Part shown: piece by piece, positions 1 through 13,871 of the stretch
Position numbering within the stretch: position 1 is the stretch's first letter
Layout of the letters: each line of letters begins with the position of its first letter
NCBI GenBank assembly: GCA_963761305.1
Contig: CAVXGK010000002.1
Span: 2,816,001-2,880,000 of the forward strand
DNA: 64,000 nucleotides
Direction of reading: 5' to 3'
DNA from: an uncultured Gemmatimonadaceae bacterium
Lineage (GTDB): Bacteria; Gemmatimonadota; Gemmatimonadetes; Gemmatimonadales; Gemmatimonadaceae
The notes under the pieces: generated by a model
What the model was told of the DNA's origin: nothing
Database searches by the model: none
The model's input: the letters and a program-made list of their open reading frames with translations, nothing else
Translations under genes and position numbers: made by a program

Positions 1-1941
<1,941 letters not shown>

Positions 1942-2115
1942 GTCGTGTACGCCGGAGCCGCAGGACGTCCCGATTAGCGCCCCACTCAACACGTAAGACA
2001 CCCGGCCGAGCGGGAAAGGTTGCGGAAAGTGCCCGGTTCTTACCGAACTCGAACCAACAATCGCCCGCGGCATCGCGGTTTCGCCATCCGAACCTGGCGG
2101 TTACATTCCGGCCCC

Positions 2116-2310
2116 ATGGCACCCCACGTTGATCGGTACGTTCCGGCGGTCACGAACGGCGGCAAAGGCTTCGCCGCGTGCATTGTGGCGCTCGCGCTCG
2201 CTTTGATCGCGACGGCGACCTACATCCATAAACAGACCTACCGGCATCCGACTGACGTGACGTGGCACGGGAAGGGATCTGGGGACTTGGCGCCGCCGGA
2301 CGGCCAGTAG
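2116..2310 (+). CDS. Small single-TM hypothetical protein (64 aa)
   Basis: MAPHVDRYVPAVTNGGKGFAACIVALALALIATATYIHKQTYRHPTDVTW...; one hydrophobic helix and coding-like codon use. Confidence 0.65.
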   Translation: MAPHVDRYVPAVTNGGKGFAACIVALALALIATATYIHKQTYRHPTDVTWHGKGSGDLAPPDGQ

Positions 2311-2459
2311 GTGGACGGGTGGACGGGTGGACGGGTGGACGGGTGGACGGGTGGACGGGTGGACGGGTGGACGGGTGGACGGGTGGACGGGTGGACGGGT
2401 GGACGGGTGGACGGGGTGGACGGGTGGACGGTGGACGGGTGGACGGTGGACGGGTGGAC
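2311..2459 (+). repeat. GTGGAC(GG) short tandem repeat, 19 copies
   Basis: 8-nt period from 2311 to 2407, then units of 7, 8 or 9 nt; begins directly after the stop codon at 2310. Confidence 0.97.
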
Positions 2460-3105
2460 CGCTCGCGAGGTCTTAGTGGCGCCTCGTGAGGCGACTGCGG
2501 CGGGCAGCAGGGCGGCGACATCGCGTGGTGATGACAGAATCCGGCGATGATAACCCGGCGGCGACGAACGTCGAGACGTCAGAGGACGCTGAGCTGCGCA
2601 TCGCTCCGGCCCGCGCCACGAGTGCGCGCGAATTGCGTGTCTTGGTGACGTCGAGAGCGCGAGGAAATCCGGGACGTGACTGAGCTGCGCCGCTGCGACC
2701 GCGCGAGCGTCGCACGTGGTCGAGGTTGAGCGCATTGCGGTGGACGCTTTCCTTGGCCGTTTCAACGGCGCGACGCGTTTGCACATGGTCCGGTTGACCG
2801 GGAGGCTGCTGAGCATCGACGCGGGGTCGTCGAGGCGGGCGCGGCATATCGACCGGTTGATGGTGCCGAATAGATCTCCGTTCGGGTCGAGGTGGCGTTG
2901 CCCGCGGGTGTGAGCGATGAGGGCTGCGGAATACGAAGGTTTTCTCGAGTTCCTTCCTGCGGAGCCCGAGAAGCGGCGACCGACGCGGCGGGCGTTGGTG
3001 GCTGAGCAACCGACCGGATCGGCGTGTGAGTGGCTCGAGCGCTCGTGCCGAAGCGCGCGGCGGAGTTAGCGCGCGGCAAGAGGGACGGCGCGTGGCATTT
3101 CGCGC

Positions 3106-3357
3106 GCGTACTGCGGTCCGTTGCTGTCGCACTTCGATCCGCTGCCGGCGTACGTCCATCCGTTGCCGGCGTGCTTCGATCCGTTGCCGGCGTGCTTCGA
3201 TCCGGTGCCGGCGTACTTCGATCCGTTGCAGGCGTACTTCGATCCGTTGCAGGCGTACTTCGATCCGTTGCAGGCGTACTTCGATCGCGTGCCGTCGCGC
3301 TTCGACGGGGCGCAGTCTTACTGCGATGCGTTGCGATCGTGCTGAGGCGCGTTGTCG
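3106..3357. repeat. 21-bp tandem repeat, about 12 degenerate units (consensus GCGTACTTCGATCCGTTGCMG)
   Basis: Three identical units at 3211-3273, with divergence increasing toward both ends; no spacers. Confidence 0.9.
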
Positions 3358-3904
3358 CAGGCGTCGGTGCGTTGCGACCGGAACGCGATCCGCGGCGATG
3401 CGTGCGCGATGCGGAGCGCTCTCGACGCGTGGCGACGTCGGATGAACACTCGCGATTCGGCACGGACGCGGCGCCGAGCGGGCGCGACCTCGATGATCGA
3501 GCGTTCGGCGCGGTGGATCGTCGTCGTCAGACCCCGGGCCGACGGTCTTGGAACGAGGTGCGGCCGACCGACGGGGCGCCGAGTTCCTGGCGCGCGGCGG
3601 TGTTGTCGGTGGGTGGCGGTCACTTCGCGTTGGAGTGACCGACGTCGCGACCGGGGCGGTGTCGGCGACGAAGAAGATGACGAGCAGGGCGATCGTGACG
3701 GCGTGCATGGCGATGGATTGGGGAGTGGCGGTGGATGAACCGGGTGCTCGGCGATCACCGGTGACCGATGCGAGGCTCCATCTCCCTATAGATGAATCGC
3801 TACGCGGCCCCTTTTGCTACGCGGTGTCCGCTCGGGTGGACATCAGATCGGGTTACGTGCTGGACCGCGGACCGATGGATCGAACAACGAGCGAGACGCA
3901 TATG

Positions 3905-3933
3905 GCGGGACCTACGGGTCCCGCTTTTGTTTT
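3905..3933 (+). terminator. Intrinsic terminator-like hairpin directly upstream of the FAD-subunit gene
   Basis: GCGGGACC-TACG-GGTCCCGC followed by TTTTGTTTT (8-bp stem, UNCG loop). Confidence 0.75.
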
Positions 3934-3938
3934 GTGGC

Positions 3939-4901
3939 GTGACGCAGCCATTCGAATACCAGCCGGCAACATCGCTCGAACACGCCGTTCAGCAGCTCGC
4001 CGATCCCGGCGCTGTGCCGCTCGGCGGCGGCACCGATCTCCTCGTCGCGATCGAGGAGCGACTCACGTCGCCGACGACTCTCGTCGATCTGCGAACGATT
4101 CCGGGCAGCGCCGACATCATGGTGCACCGCGACGGAAGCGTTACGATCGGTGCCGCGGCGAGAATCGCCGACATCGCGAAGGACCAGCGAGTGTCGGCTT
4201 CGTTCCCCGCCCTCGCGCAAGCGTGTGGCGTCGTCGGAACGCCCGCGCTGCGTCACATGGGAACACTCGGCGGCAATCTGTGCCAACGGCCGCGCTGCTG
4301 GTACTTCCGGCGCAACATCTCGTGTTTCAAGAATGGTGGATCGTCGTGCCCCGCCAAGGATGGAGAGAATCAGTACCTCGCCATTCTCGACGCGGGGCCG
4401 TGCTTCGCGGTGCACCCGTCGGATCCGGCGGTGGCGCTGACGGCGCTCGAGGCGACAGTTGTCGTGTCGTCGTCGCGCGGCAGCCGGAAGATCGAGATCA
4501 ACCAACTGTACGTGTTGCCGACGCAGCGCGCCGACCGCGAGACGACGCTCGAACCCGGCGAATTCATCTCGGCGATCACGATCCCGGCCGATTCGGGCGG
4601 CGGCACGCAGCGCTATTACAAACTGATGCAGCGCGACGCGTGGGATTTCGCGCTCGTGAGCGTCGCCGCGTGCAAGCGCATGGACAGCGGCGTTCGCATC
4701 GTGCTCGGCGGAGTCGCGCCGAGGCCATGGCGCGTGAATTCGTCGGTCGAGGAGGACGTGGCGTCGGGCGGGCTGGACGAGGACGCGATCGCGACGTTGG
4801 CCGAACGGGCGCTTCTCGACGCGGCGCCGTTGTCGAAGAACGCTTACAAGGTGGAGCTCGCGGCGTCGCTGCTGCGGCAAGTCATTTCCGAGATCGGCTA
4901 G
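3939..4901 (+). CDS. Xanthine dehydrogenase family FAD-binding subunit (PaoB/YagS-like, with Cys cluster insert)
   Basis: PFEY start, LGGGTDL, LRHMGTLGGNLCQRPRCWYFR...CFKNGGSSC, HPSD, LGGVAPRPWR, NAYKV; GTG start at 3939. Confidence 0.92.
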   Translation: MTQPFEYQPATSLEHAVQQLADPGAVPLGGGTDLLVAIEERLTSPTTLVDLRTIPGSADIMVHRDGSVTIGAAARIADIAKDQRVSASFPALAQACGVVGTPALRHMGTLGGNLCQRPRCWYFRRNISCFKNGGSSCPAKDGENQYLAILDAGPCFAVHPSDPAVALTALEATVVVSSSRGSRKIEINQLYVLPTQRADRETTLEPGEFISAITIPADSGGGTQRYYKLMQRDAWDFALVSVAACKRMDSGVRIVLGGVAPRPWRVNSSVEEDVASGGLDEDAIATLAERALLDAAPLSKNAYKVELAASLLRQVISEIG

Positions 4902-4984
4902 AGGCGCGATGGTGATCCAGACACGCGCGGTCTTTCGGTCCGGCGTCTAGCAATTCGCCTCCCTCACCCGCTCGAACCGAAACC

Positions 4985-5482
4985 ATGCATGTACGCGCGA
5001 TTCTCCTCGTGCTGGCCGCAACCGTCGCGCTCGGATGCGCGAGCTCGGGAAACAAGGTCGCCGGCCAGGCGTCCTGCGGTCTCTCGGTCCGCGACTCCGT
5101 ATTCATCGGCCCGCGCCCCGTGTACCGCGATTGCGACGTTCAGCAGGCGGCGCGACTGATCAGCATCGACGCGCATCCAAACTTCCGGCCGGATGCTGCT
5201 CACATCTCCTGCTACTTCGCGGATCTCGAATTCGTCGTGGACACAGTCGGGCGGCCGGAAACGGAGACCGCCCGCGTGCTTCGGTCGAACGACGAACGAT
5301 TCGGGCTGGCAGAGCTCCAGACGTTGTCGGCGTGGGGATACGAGCCCGCGTTGCGAGAAGGGAAAAAGGTGCGGCAGATCGTCGACTCGCATCAGACGGT
5401 GTCCGTCATGGTGGCGGTCGTGCCGGCCGGATCACCCCCACCCAGCCGACCGCCGTCGTCGCAAAGGCCGCCGAGCTGCTAG
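4985..5482 (+). CDS. Lipoprotein with TonB C-terminal-like domain
   Basis: Lipobox ALGC; LEFVVDTVGRPE...RVLRS...YEPALREGKKVRQIV resembles TonB_C. Confidence 0.75.
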   Translation: MHVRAILLVLAATVALGCASSGNKVAGQASCGLSVRDSVFIGPRPVYRDCDVQQAARLISIDAHPNFRPDAAHISCYFADLEFVVDTVGRPETETARVLRSNDERFGLAELQTLSAWGYEPALREGKKVRQIVDSHQTVSVMVAVVPAGSPPPSRPPSSQRPPSC

Positions 5483-5486
5483 CGCG

Positions 5487-6463
5487 CTACGGCAATCCGA
5501 CGTCGAACGATCCGGTGAGCGCGATCGACGTCGACGTGCCGATCGCCCCGCCAAGTGTGCCGGTGAACGTTCCTTTCGCGCGAGTGGTGGACCAACTCGT
5601 GATGGTCACGCTGCCCGCGCTTCCGGTGATCGCCGAATTCCAGGCTTGTATGACGGAGCCGTTCGTCAGGCTCGCGTTGAGCGTCGTCGAGGGAGTGGTG
5701 TTCGTGAGGGTAAAGGTGCCCGGCCCCGTGATCCCGGAGACCGTGCCGCCCATTCCCTGCGTGTCGGTCGACCGCCGAAGATCAACGTCGTCCCGATGAC
5801 CTGTCCCATGACGTTGCGCGTTTGAGACGTCGTGACCGCGACGGTCGCCATGTTGAACGACTGTCCGGCGATCGACCCCGAGATCGTCCTGCCCGCGTTG
5901 TCCGGAATCGCGCCGATCGTCTGGATGGCCCTGATCGGCAAATCGAACTCCCCGGTCGTCACGTTTTTCGTGCTTGTCGATGGCGCGTTGAGAATGCCGT
6001 TGGCCACGAACGTGAAGGTTCCGGCGATCTCGGTATTCGTGAGCAGCGTGATGACGATCGCGCCGGACGCGCCCGAGAGTCGCGTCGTCCATCCCTGCGA
6101 CGTATTGCTGATCTGGGCGCTGCCGCCGGGGACCCCGACGTTCACCCCTAGCGGGTACGTCGCGGGGCCGCGAATCGTATTCAGGGTGATGGCGATCGTC
6201 GTTGTCGCCGGGGTTGAAAATCCCGTGATTGTGTAGAGTCCTGGCGCGGCCCACACCGCCCCGACGGCGGCGGCGCTCGCGGCGTCTTCCGCCCACGGCA
6301 CGCCATCGACGCTGGCGGTCATGAAATACCGGGCATTCCCGGAGCCTGGACCCGTGGTGGCGGAGTCACCACCGCAGCCGAGCACGACCAGACCGAGCGC
6401 GACGACAACCGCGCGGCCCCCTGTGGCCCGGGTGAGGCGTTCGAGCGTTCTGATTGGGGTCAC
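5487..6463 (-). pseudogene. Two-domain Ser/Thr/Gly-rich lipoprotein with a frameshift near 5772
   Basis: AGGAG RBS, lipobox VLGC. The N-terminal frame reads well to TTLIFGG; the matching second domain (STDTQGMGG...GSVTITS...KGTFTG...GSFDVGLP) continues in another frame. Confidence 0.75.
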
Positions 6464-6603
6464 CGGTGGGCTCCTACTCGGCGGCGAGTGGCGGGGGGGG
6501 CCGGCTGGGTCGCGGGGGGGGGCGATGGCGGACTAGCACTCCGCAATGCGCAGCGAGGGAGCGAGAACCGTCAGATCGAGGCGGCAATCTTACCCTTAGC
6601 CAC

Positions 6604-6628
6604 AAACCCGACTAATTTTATCGAGATA
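6604..6628 (+). promoter_or_regulatory. IscR/Rrf2-type operator upstream of sufB
   Basis: AAACCCGACTAATTTTATCGAGATA matches 19 of 25 positions of the IscR type-1 consensus as I recall it (ATASYYGACTRWWWYAGTCRRSTAT); AT-rich patch about 130 bp before sufB. Confidence 0.6.
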
Positions 6629-6755
6629 GCGGATCGCGCCTTTTTTCGGCTGACCGATCCCAGCCCAATTCCTCGCGCGGAGCGCCTAAGGTATGCGCCG
6701 GTAGCGAGTTGGGACGTCGCTCAAAAGCGCAGGCACAAGCTCTTGTGGAGCATAG

Positions 6756-8189
<1,434 letters not shown>

Positions 8190-8241
8190 GTGCGTTCTGC
8201 ACACTGATACCGATCACTGTTCACCGAAGACTCTAGGCGAC

Positions 8242-8295
8242 AGCATCAGCGACAGCATCAAGAAATCGCTGACAGCAGATGCTGACGCTGATGCT
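8242..8295. repeat. Intercistronic inverted repeat between sufB and sufC
   Basis: AGCATCAGCGACAGCATC (8242-8259) pairs with GATGCTGACGCTGATGCT (8278-8295) with one mismatch. Confidence 0.7.
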
Positions 8296-8307
8296 ACAGA
8301 ATAGGAC

Positions 8308-9071
<764 letters not shown>

Positions 9072-9075
<4 letters not shown>

Positions 9076-10388
9076 GCGCTCCGGTCATGGCTGGGAATAC
9101 CATCGACGCGTACGCGACGGCGTTCGACGTCATCGACAGCGACCCGAGCACGCCGGCGGCTGTGCGCGCGCTGCGCCGCGCGGCCTTCGACCGGTTCGTC
9201 GCGCTCGGATTCCCGACGCCGAAGAACGAGGACTGGCACTACACGAGCGTCGCGCCGATCGTCGACCAGGACTTCGCCGTCCTCGCGTCGAAGACGGGCG
9301 ACGTCGGTCGCGACGACCTCGCGCCGTTCGATTTCGGCGCGAGCGACTGGCACACCATCGCGTTCGTGAACGGCCGGTTCGCGCCCGAGCTGTCGGATCT
9401 CAGGAAGCTTCCCGCCGGAGTCGAGGTCACGGACCTCGCGACGGCGTTCATCAAGTCGCCGGATCTCGCCGACCGCATCGGATCGGTCGCGAGCCACGAG
9501 ACGGACGCGTTCACCGCGCTCAACGCCGCGTTCGCCCAGGACGGCGCCGTGCTGCGGATCGCGCGCGACGTCGAGGTGGCGCGGCCGATCCATCTGCTCT
9601 TCGTGACGGACGCGGCGGCCGCTCGCGCGATGACCCATCCGCGCAACCTCGTCGTCGTCGAACGCAACGCGACGGCGACGGTGATCGAGACCTACGGATC
9701 GGCGACGGACTCGATCTACTTCACCAACGCCGTCACCGAAGTCACGCTCGGCGACGGCGCGACGCTACGCCACTACAAGATGCAGCGCGAGGCGGCACGG
9801 GCGTATCACGTCGGGTCGATCGAAGTGACGCAGGGCCGCGACAGCCACTACGTCTCGTTCTCGCTCGCCACCGGCGCCGAGTTGTCGCGCACGAACGTCT
9901 ACACGACGCTCGACGGCGAGGGCAGCGGCGCCACGCTCAACGGGCTCTACATGCTCGACGGCGAGCAGCACTGCGACCACCAGACGCAGATCATCCACGC
10001 GCAGCCGAACACGTTCAGCCGAGAGCTGTACAAGGGGATTCTCGACGGGCGATCGCACGGCGTGTTCAACGGCAAGGTGTACGTGCGGCCGATCGCGCAG
10101 AAAACCGACGGCAAGCAGACGAACAACACGCTGCTGCTGAGCGACACGGCGCACATCGATACAAAGCCCCAGCTCGAGATCTTCGCCGACGACGTGAAAT
10201 GCACCCACGGCGCGACCGTGGGACAGATCGACAAGTCGGCGCTCTTTTATCTCAAGAGCCGCGGCATCACCAACGCGCTGGCGCGGCGGCTGCTCACGTA
10301 CGCGTTCGCGGCGGACGTGATCGAGACGATCGAAGTCGATGCCGTCCGAGAAGGACTCGAACGCGCTACGCTCGAGCGGTTCGTCTGA
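9072..10388 (+). CDS. sufD: Fe-S cluster assembly protein SufD
   Basis: [18 protein letters not shown]...[32 protein letters not shown] overlap with sufC. Confidence 0.97.
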
Positions 10389-10401
10389 CACCGGAGCGAC
10401 A

Positions 10402-10881
10402 GTGTCCACCGAGGCGCTGTATCAGGAGCTGATCCTCGAGCACAACCGGAAGCCGCGGAACTTTCGCGAGATTCCGGACGCCGATCGCACCGTGGAGGGA
10501 CGCAATCCCCTCTGCGGCGACTCGCTCACGTTATGGGTCAAGCTCGACCACGACCGCATCGCCGACGTGAGCTTCATGGGCACCGGCTGCGCGATCTCGA
10601 AAGCCTCGGCGTCGCTCATGACCGGCGCCGTGAAGGGCAAGAGCCGCGAAGAAGCCGAAGCGATCTTCGATCGCTTTCATCGTTTGGTCACGGGAACGCT
10701 TCCCGAGAACGAGCGCGAGTCGCTCGGCTCGCTGCGCGCCCTCGGCGGCGTGGCGAAATTCCCGCTGCGGGTGAAATGCGCGAGCCTCGCTTGGCACGCG
10801 CTGCACGCCGCGCTCGAGTCCAAGGCCGACGAGGTGCCGGTCGTGTCGACCGACGCCGAAGGTCCGGGAGAAGGCGCATGA
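10402..10881 (+). CDS. sufU: SUF system NifU-family protein SufU
   Basis: LYQELILEH, NPLCGD, GCAISKAS, RVKCA; GGAG before the GTG start. Confidence 0.95.
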   Translation: MSTEALYQELILEHNRKPRNFREIPDADRTVEGRNPLCGDSLTLWVKLDHDRIADVSFMGTGCAISKASASLMTGAVKGKSREEAEAIFDRFHRLVTGTLPENERESLGSLRALGGVAKFPLRVKCASLAWHALHAALESKADEVPVVSTDAEGPGEGA

Positions 10882-12107
10882 TCGGCGGCCGGAAGGACTT
10901 CCCGCTCCTCGCGGCGAATCCCGATCTGCACTACCTCGATTCGGCGGCCACGTCGCAGAAGCCGCGTGCCGTGCTCGACGCGATGCTCGAGTATTACACG
11001 CGCGACAACGCCAACCCGCACCGGGGCGCGTACGCGCTCTCGGCGCGCGCCACCGAGCGGTATCACGACGCGCGAATTCGCGTCGCGCGGTTCATCGGCG
11101 TCAAGGACGCCGATCGCGTCATCTTCACGCGCGGCACGACGGAGTCGCTGAACCTCGTGGCGGCGGCGTGGGGACGCGCGAACGTGCGTGCCGGCGACGA
11201 GATCGTCGTCACGGGGCTCGAGCACCACGCCAACTTCGTCCCGTGGCAGCAGCTGGCCATCGAGAGGGGCGCGATGCTGCGCATCGCGCAAATCACGAGC
11301 GACGGACGCATCGACGTCGACCACTTCGCGTCGCTCGTCGGGCCGCGCACGAAGGTCGTCGCGTTCCCGCACGTCTCGAACGCGCTGGGCACGATCAACG
11401 ACGTCGCGCAGTTGAGCGCGATCGCGCGGAAAGTCGGCGCGGTCGTCGTGTGTGACGGCGCGCAAGCCGCGCCGCACTTCCGGCTCTCGATCGATCAGCT
11501 CGACGTGGACTTCTACGCGTTCAGCGGCCACAAGATGCTCGGGCCTATGGGATGTGGGGTCTTGGTCGGGCGACGAGAGCTACTCGAGGCGATGCCGCCG
11601 TATCAAACCGGCGGCGACATGATCGAGTACGTGGGCGACGAGCGGACGACGTGGAACGTGCTGCCGCACAAGTTCGAGGCGGGAACGCCGAACGTCGGCG
11701 ACGCGGTGGGGCTCGCGGCGGCATGCGACTATCTCGCCGCGATCGGCATGGACGAAATTCGGAAGCACGAGCGCGCCCTGACGGCGCTCGCGTCGTCGAA
11801 GCTCAGCAACGTGCCCGACGTTCGAATCTTCGGACCGTCGCCCGAGCAGCGGAGCGGCGTTGTGAGCTTTGCCGTCGGCGGGATCCATCCCCACGACCTG
11901 GCGACAATTCTGGACGAGGATGGAGTCTGCATTCGCGCGGGGCACCACTGCGCCCAACCGCTCATGCGCCGGCTCGAAGTCCCGGCGACGGCGCGCGCGT
12001 CGTTCTACCTCTACAACGACGAGGCGGACGTCGACGCGCTCGTGGCCGGCGTCCAGCGAGCTCGCGAGGTGTTCGGCGTGGTCGACGCGAGCGCCGCGCC
12101 TATTTGA
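10878..12107 (+). CDS. sufS: Cysteine desulfurase SufS (group II)
   Basis: YLDSAATSQKP, EHHAN, FSGHKM, FEAGTP, RAGHHCAQP; ATGA overlap with sufU. Confidence 0.97.
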   Translation: MIGGRKDFPLLAANPDLHYLDSAATSQKPRAVLDAMLEYYTRDNANPHRGAYALSARATERYHDARIRVARFIGVKDADRVIFTRGTTESLNLVAAAWGRANVRAGDEIVVTGLEHHANFVPWQQLAIERGAMLRIAQITSDGRIDVDHFASLVGPRTKVVAFPHVSNALGTINDVAQLSAIARKVGAVVVCDGAQAAPHFRLSIDQLDVDFYAFSGHKMLGPMGCGVLVGRRELLEAMPPYQTGGDMIEYVGDERTTWNVLPHKFEAGTPNVGDAVGLAAACDYLAAIGMDEIRKHERALTALASSKLSNVPDVRIFGPSPEQRSGVVSFAVGGIHPHDLATILDEDGVCIRAGHHCAQPLMRRLEVPATARASFYLYNDEADVDALVAGVQRAREVFGVVDASAAPI

Positions 12108-12882
12108 TCGTGAGGTCCCACGTCAGTCGCACGTTGACCGGCACGGTCGTGCGTGACGTTCCGTTCGAGAACACCTCCATGCTCGTCGTGTCGACCCATT
12201 GCAGCACGTTGTTCACACGGCTCGATCCCTTGGGGATGGTTCCGGTCACGTATGCCCGGTACCCGTCCGCGCCGTTGGTGTAGGAGCTGAAATAGCTGCT
12301 GTAAGGCACGAGCGAGTAGTGCGCGACCGGCATCGTCGATCGCACGTTGTGTCCGTCGCCGCTGCAGTTGGTGTTGATGACCTCGGTGTCGCTGGTCGGC
12401 GTGCCCGTGACACTGCTGGAGATGGAGATCTGGTAGGTGCCGTTCGGAAACACTTCCAGGGAGACGCTGCCCGGCTGGCCCCCGGCTGCGGCGCTCGAGA
12501 AGGACCAAGTCGTCGAGTCCACCTCGGCGCAGGCCATGAAATTCTTGGTGCCGGGTATCTGAACGCTGCTCGGCTTCGTGAATTCCTCGTACCAGCTCGC
12601 CGTTCCGCCGTACTGGGCGTCGCTCCACTCGAAGAACGCGCCGCCCTTGCCTGTCACGTCGGGCAGGTCGAACGCGAGGTCCGATTGGGCCAGCTCGCGC
12701 TTGGTGTAGGTGGTGCCGACGAGTGTTTGCGTGGCCGACGCGTCGATCGAGACCGCGAGGGAGATCCGGCCGCTCGCGTGATTGCCGTCGCTCGTCGTGC
12801 CGCCCAGTAAGGTCGAGTCGGCGGAACAGCCGCCGAGCAGAAATCCGCCGAGCAGCAAGCCTACGAATCCGTTGTGTCGCAT
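12100..12882 (-). CDS. Hypothetical lipoprotein
   Basis: MRHNGFVGLLLGGFLLGGC lipobox; beta-rich Ser/Thr-rich mature part; its 3' end overlaps the 3' end of sufS. Confidence 0.75.
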   Translation of the reverse strand: MRHNGFVGLLLGGFLLGGCSADSTLLGGTTSDGNHASGRISLAVSIDASATQTLVGTTYTKRELAQSDLAFDLPDVTGKGGAFFEWSDAQYGGTASWYEEFTKPSSVQIPGTKNFMACAEVDSTTWSFSSAAAGGQPGSVSLEVFPNGTYQISISSSVTGTPTSDTEVINTNCSGDGHNVRSTMPVAHYSLVPYSSYFSSYTNGADGYRAYVTGTIPKGSSRVNNVLQWVDTTSMEVFSNGTSRTTVPVNVRLTWDLTIK

Positions 12883-13158
12883 GAGAACCTGACCGAAGAG
12901 GGCTCCTGGGCTGCCGACGATCGATCGGCGTGCGCAACGCCGCGACCGTCGAGCGCTAACATCGGCGGGAATTTCGGCGCCGGGCCTCATGCGAGAATCA
13001 CGCGCGTTTCATCTGGGCGTCATCGAGGGCCAACCGGCTGCGACTACGAATGTTTCGGCCGGTGGTGAACCCTGGGTGGGGGGAACCGCGTGGTTTAGCT
13101 ATCAGGACAGCCGGTCCCGCCCCCACCCCACCCAACCCCACCCACCCACGGACCAGTC

Positions 13159-13824
13159 ATGCGAACACATTGCTTGGGAGTTGCGGCCCTCGTCCTTGGT
13201 CTGACCCACATCGCCCGGGGGCAGACGTGCCTCGGGACGGCTTCGTACGCGTCTGGAATCGTCAGAGTTGACGGCGGCATCCAATTCAGCGCGGGACAAG
13301 ACGCGTACGGAGGCGGACTCGCCGTGGGCGCACCGAGCGGCCTGTTCGCCAGCGGCGACATTTCACGGGCCAGTTTCGACGCCGTCGATGGAAACGCGAC
13401 CGGACTCACGACTCAGGCCGGCTACGCGCTCAATCTCGTCGCCGGAGGGGCCCTCCAAGTCTGCCCGACCGTCGGCTTTGCCTATCAGTCAGGACCCGAC
13501 TACCGCAACGTCCTGGGTTCGTTCTCTTCGTCTTCCCACGCGTTCGTGTTCGGCGCGTCGTTGGGATCAGCCTTCACCACGTCCTCGGCCTTCACGCTCG
13601 CTCCATTCACCGCGGTCACGCGCGAGGCGAGACACATTTCTCAGAGCAGTCCGGGCGCGGACCTGTCGGCCTCGCAGAACTACTACAACGTTGCGTTTGG
13701 CGTCGGATTGGTCATCGATCGGACGATCACCTTGCAACCGGCGATTTCCCTTCCCGCCGGACTGAGTGGCCCCAGACCGATCTATTCGTTCGCGTTTTCG
13801 GTCAACTTCGGGCCGAAGAAGTAG
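13159..13824 (+). CDS. Putative small outer-membrane beta-barrel protein
   Basis: Signal peptide (ARG-Q), alternating beta-strand pattern, C-terminal YSFAFSVNF. Confidence 0.7.
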   Translation: MRTHCLGVAALVLGLTHIARGQTCLGTASYASGIVRVDGGIQFSAGQDAYGGGLAVGAPSGLFASGDISRASFDAVDGNATGLTTQAGYALNLVAGGALQVCPTVGFAYQSGPDYRNVLGSFSSSSHAFVFGASLGSAFTTSSAFTLAPFTAVTREARHISQSSPGADLSASQNYYNVAFGVGLVIDRTITLQPAISLPAGLSGPRPIYSFAFSVNFGPKK

Positions 13825-13871
13825 CGCTCACCCGCCGCGGCCATCTATTGTATGGTCGTATGCGCCGTACG

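Noticed and set aside
2150..2550. PPVHPSTR and VDGWTGGR repeat proteins
   Set aside because: These are translations of the octamer DNA repeat.
3106..3357. 21-bp array as a CRISPR array
   Set aside because: Units are head-to-tail with no unique spacers, and there are no cas genes in the window.
2473..3708. 411-aa minus-strand ORF
   Set aside because: Only the first ~25 codons look coding. The rest is Arg/Pro-rich and kept open by repeats and high GC. The Ile/Leu/Val-rich start suggested a leader peptide, but no early stop or biosynthetic gene follows.
10533..12107. Long SufS start
   Set aside because: It overlaps sufU; the ATGA-coupled start at 10878 fits better.
13074..13150. G-rich/C-rich tract before the beta-barrel gene as a regulatory RNA
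   Set aside because: GGGTGGGGG can pair with CCCCCACCC, but the sequence is low complexity and has no other support.
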